A stretch of 61,715 nt of DNA, filler included, from Sphacelaria rigidula (lineage: Eukaryota): assembly GCA_964200075.2 (NCBI GenBank). It is 5 parts of 5 records of this genome, joined end to end, with 100 filler letters (N's around TTAATTAATTAA, not from the genome) between each part and the next. Parts side by side here need not be neighbours in the genome. Positions count along the whole stretch, not along the records: positions 24,730 to 36,991 come from CAXNAA020003947.1; 4 more parts are not named here. One strand, given 5' to 3'. The notes beneath the pieces are model-generated. The model ran no database searches. It was not told where the DNA came from and saw only the letters and a program-made list of their open reading frames with translations. Shown one piece after another: positions 25,147 through 37,091 of this stretch. Every line of letters starts with the position of its first letter. Position 1 is the first letter of the stretch. Made by a program: the position numbers and the translations under genes.

Positions 25147-25424
25147 CCTCCCCATTCCTCGGGACCAGTCCGTGGTCTCAAGGGATCAACCCATCTCTCT
25201 CCGGTACTGTACTTGCCTTTTGGTCTCGCGGATTGGGTCAGCACCCCCGCACCCCGTCAACTCACGTAAAAAACGCTCAGTCGAGTACTTTGTTAACTCA
25301 CGTTCTCACGATTTCCACGGTGGAAATCATACACTACGAAGAAGAAACCCAACGCATCGGGAATCGAACCTTCGTTCTCTCTACCGTAACAGCGACAGTC
25401 GGACCATTACACCACCGGGGCGCG
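25147..25424 (-). mobile_element. tRNA-derived SINE, most complete copy (about 280 bp)
   Basis: A-box TGGTGTAATGG (25414-25404), B-box GGTTCGATTCC (25370-25360), then a body ending GATGGGTTGATCCCTTGAGACCACGGACTGGTCCCGAGGAATGGGG that is shared with other copies. Confidence 0.75.
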
Positions 25425-25613
25425 GCAGTCTCATGTTATCCGACAAATATAGGCAAAGCCGGGCCCATTCAGGCTCGTCTGTCCCACACCACGTTCGGGA
25501 CGGTCCTTGCCGTGGCTGGACTCGAAAAATTTGGATACAGGGTCGCTCGAGACTCGAGAAGCAACATTTTTTCTCTGGCGTGTGTTTCGTACTTGACGCA
25601 TTTTTAGACAAAC

Positions 25614-28600
25614 CTGAGACTGAGCGCCGGCGTGAGTACCCTGAGCAAGGGCCGTAAAGTAGAGCCTACGGTTGTCGACACGGCCGCTACGCGGTGGAGG
25701 GAAGGACATGAGCGACGTCTGCAGGTTGTCCAGTGGTCCTTCCACTAGGCAGTCATGGTCCTAAAAAAATCAAAACCGGGCGGGGGAGGGGGGGAGGGGG
25801 GGTGTTGTACATAATGTACATGAGAATACAGAAACAGGTAGTCGCGCACTTGTTCCACTGCGCACAAGTTACGAGAAATAAAAATTGCGGTACGTGTGTT
25901 CAGAGACTTGCCATAATCAACTCTTCGGTTACAAGTAAGCAGAAAAAAATCTACTGGAGCAGGCGGCGTAATAGAGTCCCATTGAAGGAGAAAAAAACGA
26001 GGCCAGGGCAGGAGGAGGGGATCGTGACAATCACAATCATACCCAGAATCATGATAATAATCCGAACGGTGATAAGATATTACCAATTACAATACTAATT
26101 TTCATCATATCTTGATCTTCTCTTTTGATAATGATCATGATCACGATCGCGACATCATGGTCATCGTCATTATCGTAGTGAAGAAAAAAAAAAAGAGTGA
26201 TGCCAGCGGAAGAGGAAGGACTCCGTAAACATAAAAATATTTCTTCCCAAGTACTTCGTACAAACTTGCGGTATGACATGCACCTCTATTTCAACTCCAT
26301 GTGGGACCCCGACCCCGCAGGTTGACCCTTGGCACCCCACCCGTGAATCATGGAAAATAAATGCTTCCGTTAAACAATACCACCGCAGCATGACATCGGT
26401 CAAAAGTTGGTCAGAAATCATACAGCACACGATATGCTCTCCCTCTACTGTAACATTTTGAGGGGGGGGGGAGGAGTCGCTCGCAAAGAAGGATACGTTG
26501 CTCATCAAGGGCGCCGTAGATATTCATACATACACACGCGTTAAAAGTGCAACCGGCGGTACTGTTTCCGAAATGTGGCTTTTCACCAGAATGAGGCGGT
26601 TCCCACAAAAATACTCCCGCACTCCCGATTCTCCCAAAATCTTCCACAGTTCGGACGAATCGTCCCCGATTCGAATCACCAAATCTACGATTTCTTAGGC
26701 CTGATTGCTCAACCAAGAGTGAAAAAAGTTTACCGATGGTCAAAAAAGGTCTCCACGCAACTTTTGCGCCATTCCATGTGCCTGAGCTGCGCGTACCTGG
26801 GTTGCAACGCTGAAAACAAACCCTCAGGATTGATTCGTACGGTACGAATCGATCACACTAAAATCAAGTAATTCTCAGACGAATCATTGATTTTCGCCCG
26901 TCCGACCTGTGAAATCTTCACAATCAAGAGAGGGTTGTTGATTGAAGCACAAACAAAATGTTACCTTGTAGAAGTTGACGAGGGCGTTCCACAGAGGGTT
27001 CTTGGCCAGGATGCGTGGGTTGCCGATGATGATGCAGCCAAAGCGAGCCCGGGTGAGAGCCACGTTGAGGCGCCGGGGGTCGGAGAGGAATCCAATGCCT
27101 TGGTGTTCGTTGGATCTTCTCGAGGTGGACGGGGGGGACGCCGAACGGGGGAAAAGTGAAATAAAACAAAAAGAAAAAAAGACGGGAATAAAAAGACGGG
27201 GAGCCGTTTTCGGCGGGAACTCGACTGTTTTACATGAAAGGCGTTGAGGGGTTTCAAATTTCAACATGAAAAGTAAGCGTTTTTTCATGACAAGTGGTTA
27301 TTATACATGGTAAAAAAAAAAAAAATGTTTTTCGTCTGTGTGTGGGATTTCTCCGGATGACCCACAAAGGTGTCAACCAACAGGTATGTATCTGACCGAG
27401 CGTAACCGCATTGTAACTTCCATTTGCCATTTTTTTCTTCATTTTCTCGTGCAAGTATGTATGTGGATACGGATATATGATATACATAGCATTTTCTTAA
27501 AACTAAAAACTTGACTTTGTAGGAGGCGTTGGGTGTCAGTGCATTGGGGTCCGGGACCGAGAGCTTTTGATGGATGGATTGCTTGATGAATCGGCTCACG
27601 AATTGATGGATTCCAAAAACTCCGCCGCGGTAGGGCTGTGTAATTTACAAAAAACCGTATCATTCTCGTGCGTACTTCGGGGGCTTCAGCTGTTGCCGAC
27701 AGATGCCGTGCGCAAATTACATACAGTGTGGATTATCCCGGAGGACACGACACCCCAGCTCCGATCAATATTCTCATAGAATGCGCAGGCGGCGACACCA
27801 CGCTGCGCACCCGTTCTAGCAATAAATATACATATCTTTTCAGGGAATCTCTAGAGACGGGAATCTTCCGGTCGTTTCCACCCCCGTCAAAGAGAGAAAA
27901 CAAAACTTGGGGATCCTATCGCTGCGGAGCAATACATTCCGTGGTTTGTTCCTGCGGCGAGATGGGGCCAGATCGTACGACACATTTCTTGGGCTACCGA
28001 ATCGACGGAGGGGCCCAGGGCAAAAAGCACGTGGAAAAAATATATTTTGGACCAACCTACCCGTCGAAACTGTGAAACGGTGGTCAACTTAAACTTCACT
28101 GCCTTCAGCCTCGTTGCTTGACCAAAGAATATCCCGAAAAGAAGCCTGGCATGTCTCGGGAGTTTTCTCCGATGACTTGGGACCCTACTCCACTCCCCAC
28201 CCCACCCATCTTCAGCAAGCACTACTATTCCGGGACAAAGCTAGTGGTCAGAAGGTCAACAATTCTTTATATGTACATATCTGAGGTGTGAATGATTGAT
28301 TGAGTGATTGATTGATTATCGCACTTGCTCTGACCCCCCAGGGGTCCAGCCGTGGTCTCGTGATCGACGTACCCGAGGAAAACGAAAAACTGAATGACAG
28401 TCGAAGTACGATGTGTAAGCAACACATTGTTCGAATTGCCGCCTTCAGAAACGATCTTATGAGCTCATCTTCTTCTTGACTGTTGGTGTTTTTCCAAACG
28501 TTTTGTTCAAAATATCCTACAAAAATGGTGAGAAAAAAAAAACATAAATCCAGGTTAATTTGACATGTTCAAAACTCCCTCTTTCTCCTTTTTTTGTGAT

Positions 28601-29613
28601 GTCACACGCGGTACAGTATGACTCCTACGACCACTTGTTATACCTTGATTGAGAACATACGGAGCCTGAAAATCCCGTCGACAAAAAATATATATGGACG
28701 ACGACTAAATGATTATCTCAACCTGACATGGGTGAGCCAAGAAAACATAATCCCCCCGCCTGCCCGTTCAACATTATAACGCTCGTTGTTCTTTTAGCGT
28801 CATACAATATACCCTACAGCTTGACCATTTACTGTACTTTTATTGAAACCACATGGAACCAGAATTCCGCGTTAAGAAAAGAACATTTAACTAGATGATG
28901 ACCAACTCTCTAACCTGACACAGGTGAGCAAGATGATGTCCTTCTCCCGGCCCTGGAAGGAGTCCACACTGGCCACTTCGATTTCGGCATACAGGGTAGA
29001 CCGAAGAGAGCCTGTCCTCTGCAGGTGTTTGACCAGGTACGATCGCTGACCCTCATACGGGGTCACCACCTTCATTTATCGTCATGATTTACGGATGATA
29101 CAAGAAGCACATGACAGATCACAATAATGTGAGGATGCATGGATCATGACTCAAGACTGGAAGGATCTGCCTTTTTTTCCGTAACATTTATTTTTGGGCA
29201 ATGATTACCATGATCGATTCAAACAAAGAAAATTACGCCGGAGGGTTGACAGTGATTATTTTCAACCAATACCTTGACGGTCGGACACTTACTCTGACGG
29301 GGGGCTTGCGGTCAAATGGTTGAGAACCACTGACTGTACAGGCAAACAACACATCAATCAAAAACACTCTATTTTTCAAATCTCCAGAATTGTAAGAGAA
29401 ATGGATAAGTGCAAGATTTGAAAATTCAAAAATCTCGAGCTCCGAAAAATATCTGATACTACACCATGTGAAAATGTGTGCATCACATGATCTTACCTAA
29501 ACGAAACTGAACTAAACTAAACTAGACATCTACGTCAAACAAAGGAAAGCGAGTACCACAACAACACGCTGAACATCTAACTCTATTCCGACATACTCCG
29601 TCGAAAAATTGGA

Positions 29614-29654
<41 letters not shown>

Positions 29655-29980
29655 CGCAAAGAGTTGGGTTGCGTGGCTCGTGCTGTATTTACCGCAACAT
29701 GGAAATAGGAGTTCGAGCAATGTAATTATTTCAGCCCGCCGTTCAGAAATCTTCCATTTTTCCGTGGGTACCTGCCTTGCGTCGTATCCTTGACGTGCCT
29801 GACTGTGGTATACTTACGGGTCAGTGTGGTACGTTTTGCGATGCAGCGTAAGTTTAAGAGTGGCAGCGCGTGTTGTTTTTGTTGTTGTTTTTGTTGTTGT
29901 TGTTTTTGTTGTTGTTGTTTTTGTTGTTGTTGTTTTTGTTGTTGTTGTTTTTGTTGTTGTTGTTTTTGTTGTTGTTGTTT

Positions 29981-30014
<34 letters not shown>

Positions 30015-30836
30015 CTGCACATATAAAACCGTTGCGGTGTCTACGCAGCATTTCCACTTCCGCACTAGGCATCTAATGCGGACGCCTTCCGTGGTCACAG
30101 GCTAACTACCCAACTTATGATACCAGGAATTCAAAGAGCATGCGACCAACACATGTAGTGATACATGCATCATGGCAGATCAGTTGATGTGCGACAATCG
30201 AACATGCAAATCAGTAATGTAGAATTAGCTTGTAGATGTATGTAACGTGTCTGACCGCCTCTTTCTATCAAAAACTACCGTACCATCACTTCATCAGGTC
30301 GGGACCACACTACTGTACCCTTTATTTCGGCAAAAAAGAAGGATCATGAGAGCCCTTTGAAAAAAACAAGAGCCACACCATTGCTGCAAATGAATAAGGA
30401 CCACGCCATCAACACAACTTCAACGAATCACGACCATGACGAGTAACATTCCATAATAATAATAATAATAATAACCATCGCATTCCTTGCAATAAATAAC
30501 GACCATAACGTCCTCGGGAAAACGCGCACAGGCCCGAGTGAAACATGAAAGATGGCGCAACGCAAAACACGAGGTCGAAATATAGAAAAAAAGGTTCATC
30601 ATAAATATCTCACCCCAATCTGATCCGGCGTGACTCCCTTCTGCAAAAATCTCGTGACACATTTTTCGACCGCGGTGGCCTCCGTGCGATTGAGATAGGA
30701 CGTGCCGCTCGAGGAGATCTCCTCTACCCCAGGCGCCGTGAGGAAGAACATGGGCTTAGACGGTACCGGCCACGGGAAGTCTACCTGAGAGTCACAACAG
30801 GACCCGAGGCGGGGTATGCGAGGCGCACAATTGTCG

Positions 30837-30877
<41 letters not shown>

Positions 30878-33800
30878 ATTGTTGTTGTTGTTGTCTTCGC
30901 ATTAAAAACCGTTCCGATGTCTGCGCGGTACTCTGTACAGGGCATCTGACGTGGACGCCTCCCGTGGTCACAGGTCAACTGCCCCAAAAATAAGGTAAAA
31001 GAAAATCATAGTATAAGCGGGGCCAGCTGACAGTGATTTTTGAACCAAAAGTGGAAACGTCATCGGTAATTCGAAGAATTAGGCGCTGAAATTTTGACAC
31101 GACATTTTTATCAACCCACGCAACCCTATTGGGGGTGCAGAGGAAAAACAAAAAGAAAGGGGGCGTTAGAGCGAGTTGATTTTTCAGCAAAAACAGGAAA
31201 GCTCCAGAAACGCGGGAAAAAACAAGCATAGCGAGCGAACAAACAGAGCAACCTGAAAAACAAGAAAAAAATACACCAAAACCAAAACCGAAACTGGAAC
31301 ACACAGAAGTCAAATACCAGAGGAAGAGAAAACAGAAGTAAATGAGATATACAAACACACATTTTGTGTCACGCGTGCGAACGCCAGAATTTCAGCGTTC
31401 AACGTGCAGAACTTGACAGCTGTCGTACGTGTAAAAAACACATACGAATACATACACATAAATATATCTGAATATATTGTACCTGCTCCATCATCCGCTC
31501 CCCTTCCGCGACTCCGTTCTGCAGGGTGCCCTCGTAGAACATGTTCGACGGCCACTCCGACAGGCAAGGGTGCATGCGGTATTGTACCTGTCCCGAAAAC
31601 AAGAATATTGCATTATTAGACAACAGGAAAATCGATCCCCCCACCCCAAACCCTCACCCACAAAGGAGCCCTGTAGACAGTCGTGTTAGCAGCTGTACGA
31701 GATATATGAATGTCTGCACATATACGAGTGCCTAGGCATGCCATGCTATCGGATATCAGCTTTCTCCCGCTTAAGGCTGTGGTCACTATCCTGCGGCCGA
31801 GGGTAATTCACAGCGAGGCGTGTTCTCTGCCTTGTGACATGAGGCAAGGATTTCACACATTGGACAGCTCATGAGCTCCCTAAGATGAGCGATAAAAAAA
31901 AGACTCTCAGATGCGTTGTCCAAGAAACAATCAGGGCTATACACGTACACGTGCCATAGCGTTACACGTTACGTTCACGTTACGTTTTGGCCAAAACGTA
32001 ACGTGAACGTTAATTTTTTTTGACGTGATGAACGTAACGTGAACGTAACGTTAAATTTTCAAATGTAAGATTTAACGTAACGTTTTATTTTTTTCACGTG
32101 ACCCACGTCACGTCACGTGAACGTTAAAAAAATTACGTGATGAACGTAACATGAACGTGAACGTGAACGTGAACGTGTAACGTGCATATCCCTGGAAACA
32201 ACAAACACGTCGCAGCGGGGGCTGAGAAGCCAAAGCGGTCGCTACTTTTGCGCTTCTCCTATACGGAGCGAATATGAAAAAGGGGTCAAATGAGCTAGCT
32301 CATGACCCGGATCGGTAGACAAATAACAAGTAATATTCAGGTAGCCTGTGAGCTGTCCGACGTGTGAAGGATTTGGCCGTCAGCCGGGTAAGCATGGCGG
32401 TCCCGGAATATTGGACTCTCGCACCATGTCCTACCGGTTACTTAGAGCACCAGAGATCTACCGGATAACAATCATACGCACGAGTGCCTCGGGACTTCTC
32501 GCTCATGTCACTGGCATAAACGTTTTGTGTGGCACGTTCGACTGATCTTGATTCAACATCTGCATATCCGTGTTCATGATGCGCATGTGTAACTGCCAGA
32601 TGCGTGTAACTAGAGGGATTTTCTTCGGGATTTCTAGTTTCTGTGGTAGGAAGCGTGAGGACGTGAGCAGCAAAAGACTATTTATTTGACGGAAGTGGAC
32701 GTGGTGCAGAACGGGAGTGCTGGTCACGATCCAATCCGTGATATCAAAATGCAAGGCGTGTACAGTACCCGGGGAAGAGATGGGTCGATCCTGTGATACC
32801 ATGGATCAGTCCCGAGGAAGGGGAGAGACTACAAGTGTGATGAAAAATGAATAAATAAGTGAACGGAAGCGTGTTATTCAATCATGCGCGAATCACCTGC
32901 ACCACGAAAGAAATGAAGAAACTAGAAAACATGAAGGAGGGAATAAAATACCGTAGAAACAAAGCAAGAAAATAATTCAAACAAAAAAAAACAGATGACG
33001 AGAAAATGACCCCCCTCCCCCTCCCCCGTCCGAAACACAAACACACACGTGTACTCGGCTGATGGAATATGACAGACATGACGTGCACGCGGAATTGCAC
33101 CTCTGCCATCCAAACAAAAAACATGAACGAGGACAATTGAGGCACCCCCAACTCGGCTTGTACGCGGTTGGTTGTGTATGACAGGCATGGGGGGGGAAGA
33201 AAAAAATGGCGAGAGTGAGGTATGTGTATATACGTATATATATATATATATATATTTACATTCCAGGGAACATAACCTACAATATTCGTCATCAAAGTCT
33301 AGAGTTTAGTATAGCTCTTTGAATGCCAGAGTGCGAGGGCAGAGGCAACTTGGAGGCTCCAAGACCAAGAAGGGCTTTACTGTAGCAAGGAGATCAGGCT
33401 AAGCCGATGCCCGATTAGATGCGAAATTCGTAGGTTATGCCAAAGGTCCGTCGAAAATATATTTCGGGACACGTAGGCCCCAGCATCGAATATTCGAGTT
33501 TTTGAGGGGGGGTGGGGGGGACCAGCCTGCTGTCCCCTAGATTCTTGCCGTGATGTTGGCGGATGCGGTCAGCTGCCGTGTACAGAGATCCTTGCTGACA
33601 TGGAGACCGCTGAGATGACGGACACACCGCCCCTCCAACCTCATCACCTACCATGATTACATTTATGGAATCATGTTCCGTGTCGTGTTCCTCGACTACC
33701 TACCACTAGTAGTCTGGGCAAATTTGGCTAGGCGTGAGATAGCGTTGCTAATTTGGCAACAGGCTGTCGCTGCCGTGCGCTCGTGTTTTGTACATGAATG

Positions 33801-34568
33801 TGTGTAAGCGTTGCCAGCATCTGACGTCATCCGGACAGGGCGGGCAAGGGGCAGAAGCAAATATACGAACTTCGCAAAGCCCGCCATAATTTGCGGTTCT
33901 TGTTAGTGTTTGTTGGTCAATTTCTCTCGACAATTTCAGGAAAAAAAGTGCAAAAAATAAAAAATAAAAACATTCGCAAAAGAATGCGAAAAATCATTAC
34001 ATTTTCCGAAAAAATGTTCTCCGAGAGGGGGCGGGGGCGCGGGGGTCCTCCGTGTCCGAAAATTTCCTTTCGACAGACCGTTGCTTATACATCTATACAC
34101 ACGTCGGAGGGGAAAAAAACTTTCCGAAGCCATCGCTTACTTCTATGGAGCTCGACGTGCTGCTGCTTGCTGCGGCATGTGACCCTGATCCAACGACCAA
34201 CAGCAACAACAGCGGGGACGAGGACAAGATAAACCGGGGGATAGAACGACTCCATCCCTCCACATGACTACAGACTCATCCATCCCCACCAGGGAGGGGG
34301 GACGCCTGATAAAAAAGGAACCACAGAAACTGTTAAAAAAGATATATATTGACAAAAACGCGGGTACCTGTAGACGGACGGGACGGATCCCCAGTAAGAC
34401 AAGTCTCTCGAACAGCGACTGCGTGAGTCCCGCCTTGGAAGACTTCTTGCACAGCACCACCGGACCTAGCTGGCAGTGATCTCCCACGAGAACAAGCTGC
34501 TTGGCGCCCATGACGATGGGAATGAGGCACTCTGCTTCCATCGCCTGAGTCGCCTCGTCGATCAACAC
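25614..34568 (-). CDS. UPF1: UPF1 / regulator of nonsense transcripts 1 (SF1 RNA helicase), partial: six exons of the helicase C-terminal half
   Basis: Exons: 34568-34368 ([35 protein letters not shown]), 31587-31483 ([25 protein letters not shown]), 30784-30614 ([21 protein letters not shown]), 29069-28915 ([23 protein letters not shown]), 27115-26965 ([24 protein letters not shown]), 25760-25614 ([10 protein letters not shown]). All are GT-AG with compatible phases. N- and C-terminal exons were not found in the contig. Confidence 0.95.
26650..26872 (+). repeat. Interspersed repeat of about 220 bp in a UPF1 intron (inverted copy at about 34723-34930)
   Basis: GGACGAATC.TCCCCG.TTCGAATCA, GTCTCCACGCA, TTTTGCGCCATT and GATTGATT.GTACGGTACGAATC match the reverse complement of 34723-34930. 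Confidence 0.7.
29872..30107 (-). mobile_element. Short retroposon-like fragment ending in an expanded (AAC)n tail
   Basis: About 95 bp of unique sequence abuts a (GTT)n tract at 29872-30013 that has 15-bp sub-periodicity. The same arrangement occurs at 30831-30980. Confidence 0.55.
30831..30980 (-). mobile_element. Second copy of the (AAC)n-tailed fragment
   Basis: (GTT)n followed by GTCT..CA..TAAAA.CCGTT.CG.TGTCT.CGC...GGCATCT.A.G.GGACGCCT.CCGTGGTCACAGG, matching 30013-30107. Confidence 0.55.
31932..32194. mobile_element. hAT-type MITE (263 bp) packed with ACGT-core motifs
   Basis: TIR CAGGGCTATACACGT ... ACGTGCATATCCCTG; 8-bp target duplication GAAACAAT (31924-31931) / GAAACAAC (32195-32202). 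Confidence 0.8.
32640..32850 (+). mobile_element. SINE 3' part (5'-truncated), same family as 25147-25424
   Basis: CCAATCCG.GA..CAAAA..CAAG..GTACAGTACC..GAGATGGGT.GATCC..GTCCCGAGGAA.GGG followed by A-rich sequence. Confidence 0.6.
33415..34115 (-). repeat. Interspersed repeat, copy 2 of 2580-3440, in a UPF1 intron
   Basis: Reverse-complement similarity to 2580-3440. The spurious ORFs 33415-33654(-) and 3008-3268(+) share MVxDExGGAxCPxS..LGDSRL. Confidence 0.7.
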
Positions 34569-35552
34569 CTGCAGTAGGAAACGTTATTTGATGCATTTTG
34601 TTGGAAGGGTGGGAAGGAAGGAGTAACGATGGACATGCCTGAGAGAGTCGATTCATTGATGATTCATTGATGATTCATTGATTGATCCAAGGGTCGGACG
34701 AATTTATGTTTCGTCTAGAAGCTACTTGATTTCAGTGTAATTGATTCGTACCGTACAAATCAATCGTAAAGCTTTGTTGTCAGCGTACGTGGTGCCGAGG
34801 GAGGTGTAATGGCGCAAAAACTGCGTGGAGACTTTCTTGACCAGCGGTCAACTTTTTTTTCTCTCTTTCGAGCAACCACGCCTGGAAAATCGTAGATATG
34901 ATGATTCGAACCGGGGATGATTCGTCCAAACCGTGGATTGATTGATTGATTGTTGAACCCACCCGCTACGAATCCCAGCAATGGCAATTAACCGTCGCAA
35001 CATAGACGTACGTACCTGTTGCAATGAGGAAAATGGGAGACAGGGAGGCCTGTACTATCGTGTGACCTCCACCCGGGACATTCATCTGGGAAATCAATCC
35101 ACGACTTGGACAACCATTCGAGATGCCCACCCGGCCAGTCCATCTGGGCCATCCTTCTCGCGAATCCAGAATTTCATCAACACTGACGGGGATTCCGGAT
35201 TCGGAGGATTTTTTTCAAAACTTCGACCCCCTAAGGTCCATGAGTCCAACCTAGGATCATCGCCAGGAACCCGTGGTGTACAGCTAGCTGCCTGCTGAGG
35301 CCTTCAGAGTGCTCCTCCTAGCACGGTGACTGTAGGGGTAACGTGATTATTATTTATTTCTAGCCCGACCGAAAAAAATGCGGATTGTGGGAGGGGTGCC
35401 GGAAGAGAGGAGACATGTTATCTCTTGGTTGGACGCATATTCGACTGCTCACGGGAAGGAAAATGGCGACTACGCGTGAGGGACGTCTGTCGACTTAGCT
35501 TTTCACGATATCGGGAAAAAAGCTAACGGTTTTGTTTTGTCGAACTTTTGAA

Positions 35553-35823
35553 CCCCTCCCCTTCCTCGGGGCGAGTCCGTGGTCTCAAGGGATTCAACCC
35601 ATCTCTCCCCCGGTACACGCCTTGCATATTGGTCTTGCGGATTGGGTCATGACTATCACCACTCCCGCACCGCGTCAACTCACGCCAAACAAACTCAGTC
35701 AATTACTTCTTCTGTGTACTCACGTTCCTACGCATTCGACAGAGAAATCAGGTGAATCGGAAAGGAAAAACCACTATCTCCACCCTAATGGCGACAGTCG
35801 AACAATTGTACCACCGGGGCGCG
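35553..35823 (-). mobile_element. tRNA-derived SINE copy lacking the B-box segment
   Basis: TTCCTCGGG..AGTCCGTGGTCTCAAGGGAT.CAACCCATCTCTC and GCGACAGTCG..CCACCGGGGCGCG match 25147-25424. Confidence 0.7.
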
Positions 35824-36879
35824 ATTTGCCGGCCTGTATTGCATGCAGTGAGCACGCAGCACCGACAGGGTACCCACGTAAATGTGCACCGGGCTCGATC
35901 GAAATAAGACGGTGATCTTGGGATCCTCTATTCCCGAGGCAGTATGTCAGGTACGATTGCTGCTTCCACCGTTAAATATGATGACATGTAACCTTAGACG
36001 CTTTTCTTCAGCGAGTGTTTCAGTGTTTCAGTTTAGTTTCGTCTCGGATACATTCATCATGTGGATAATGACCACGGCTGGATCCCTGGGGAATAAGCTT
36101 AAGCGCGACAGTCCGTCAATCAATGAATCTACCATATCATCAGGGGACACACGTATAGACATGATACTACCGCAAGATCTCACCGTCAATTCCTTCTCGT
36201 GATGCCCTTGAGCTCTACACTCATATTCAGCACACGGTCTTGCAGAGGCAAAGTCTAGCTGCAACAGACGAGCTCAGCGCTTCGTCCCCCACAAAAGAAT
36301 GACACGTGGCAATTCAGAGAACCGAATACAGCAGTGTCTAGCACACACTACCGCTCAGCGAAGGCGACAAGCATACTCGTAAAGGCCACACACACAGGCA
36401 CAATGGGTAGACGGCAGAAAGTAAAAAACAGCGGTAAACTCAACCACGCGCCGACGAGAACAACTTATAGCACACACACATACACACACATACACACACA
36501 TACACACACACGAACAACCGGTCATCAACATAAAACAATGCAAGGTAGTGTTTTGTAGGATATATACCAAGAAGTGAGGGATAGTGAGACATTTGTGGTT
36601 GGCATACTGGACCATACCGAGATACGTATCGAATATCTCGGTATGGTCCGGCAGGGTGTCGAGCCCTGCTCTCAACACTCCAGTGTGGTGCGGGAAAGTT
36701 CCTGCCGAAACAGATACGTATTTTGTACCTGTCTAAATATCCGAAGTTCAGCCAGTAAACCCTGCAGAACAGAACCCGGAAATACACTCGAATCACTGCC
36801 ACAGATCGACCAACCGATGTAAGCAACCAAACAAACTAACTCCTGAGAGGGGTGCGTGTGATATGTGGTGTGTGTGTGT

Positions 36880-36926
<47 letters not shown>

Positions 36927-36991
36927 GAAAGGGAGGTGGGCGCGGGGTGGAAGGCGGGAGAGAGGGACGCACATCCCTTAAAAAAAAAAAA

Positions 36992-37091
36992 NNNNNNNNN
37001 NNNNNNNNNNNNNNNNNNNNNNNNNNNNNNNNNNNTTAATTAATTAANNNNNNNNNNNNNNNNNNNNNNNNNNNNNNNNNNNNNNNNNNNN
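36992..37091. other. Artificial contig linker (N44-TTAATTAATTAA-N44)
   Basis: Same spacer as 12267-12366. Confidence 0.95.

Noticed and set aside
25062-25657. 181-aa and 186-aa plus-strand ORFs
   Set aside because: They read across a SINE copy and antisense to UPF1.
29250-29332. Tiny hAT-like element (CAGTG..TCAACC / GGTTGAGAACCACTG)
   Set aside because: The left end is degenerate and there is no target duplication.
29726-30105. Poly-Q/T/N/C/V/L ORFs
   Set aside because: Six-frame translations of an intronic (GTT)n microsatellite.
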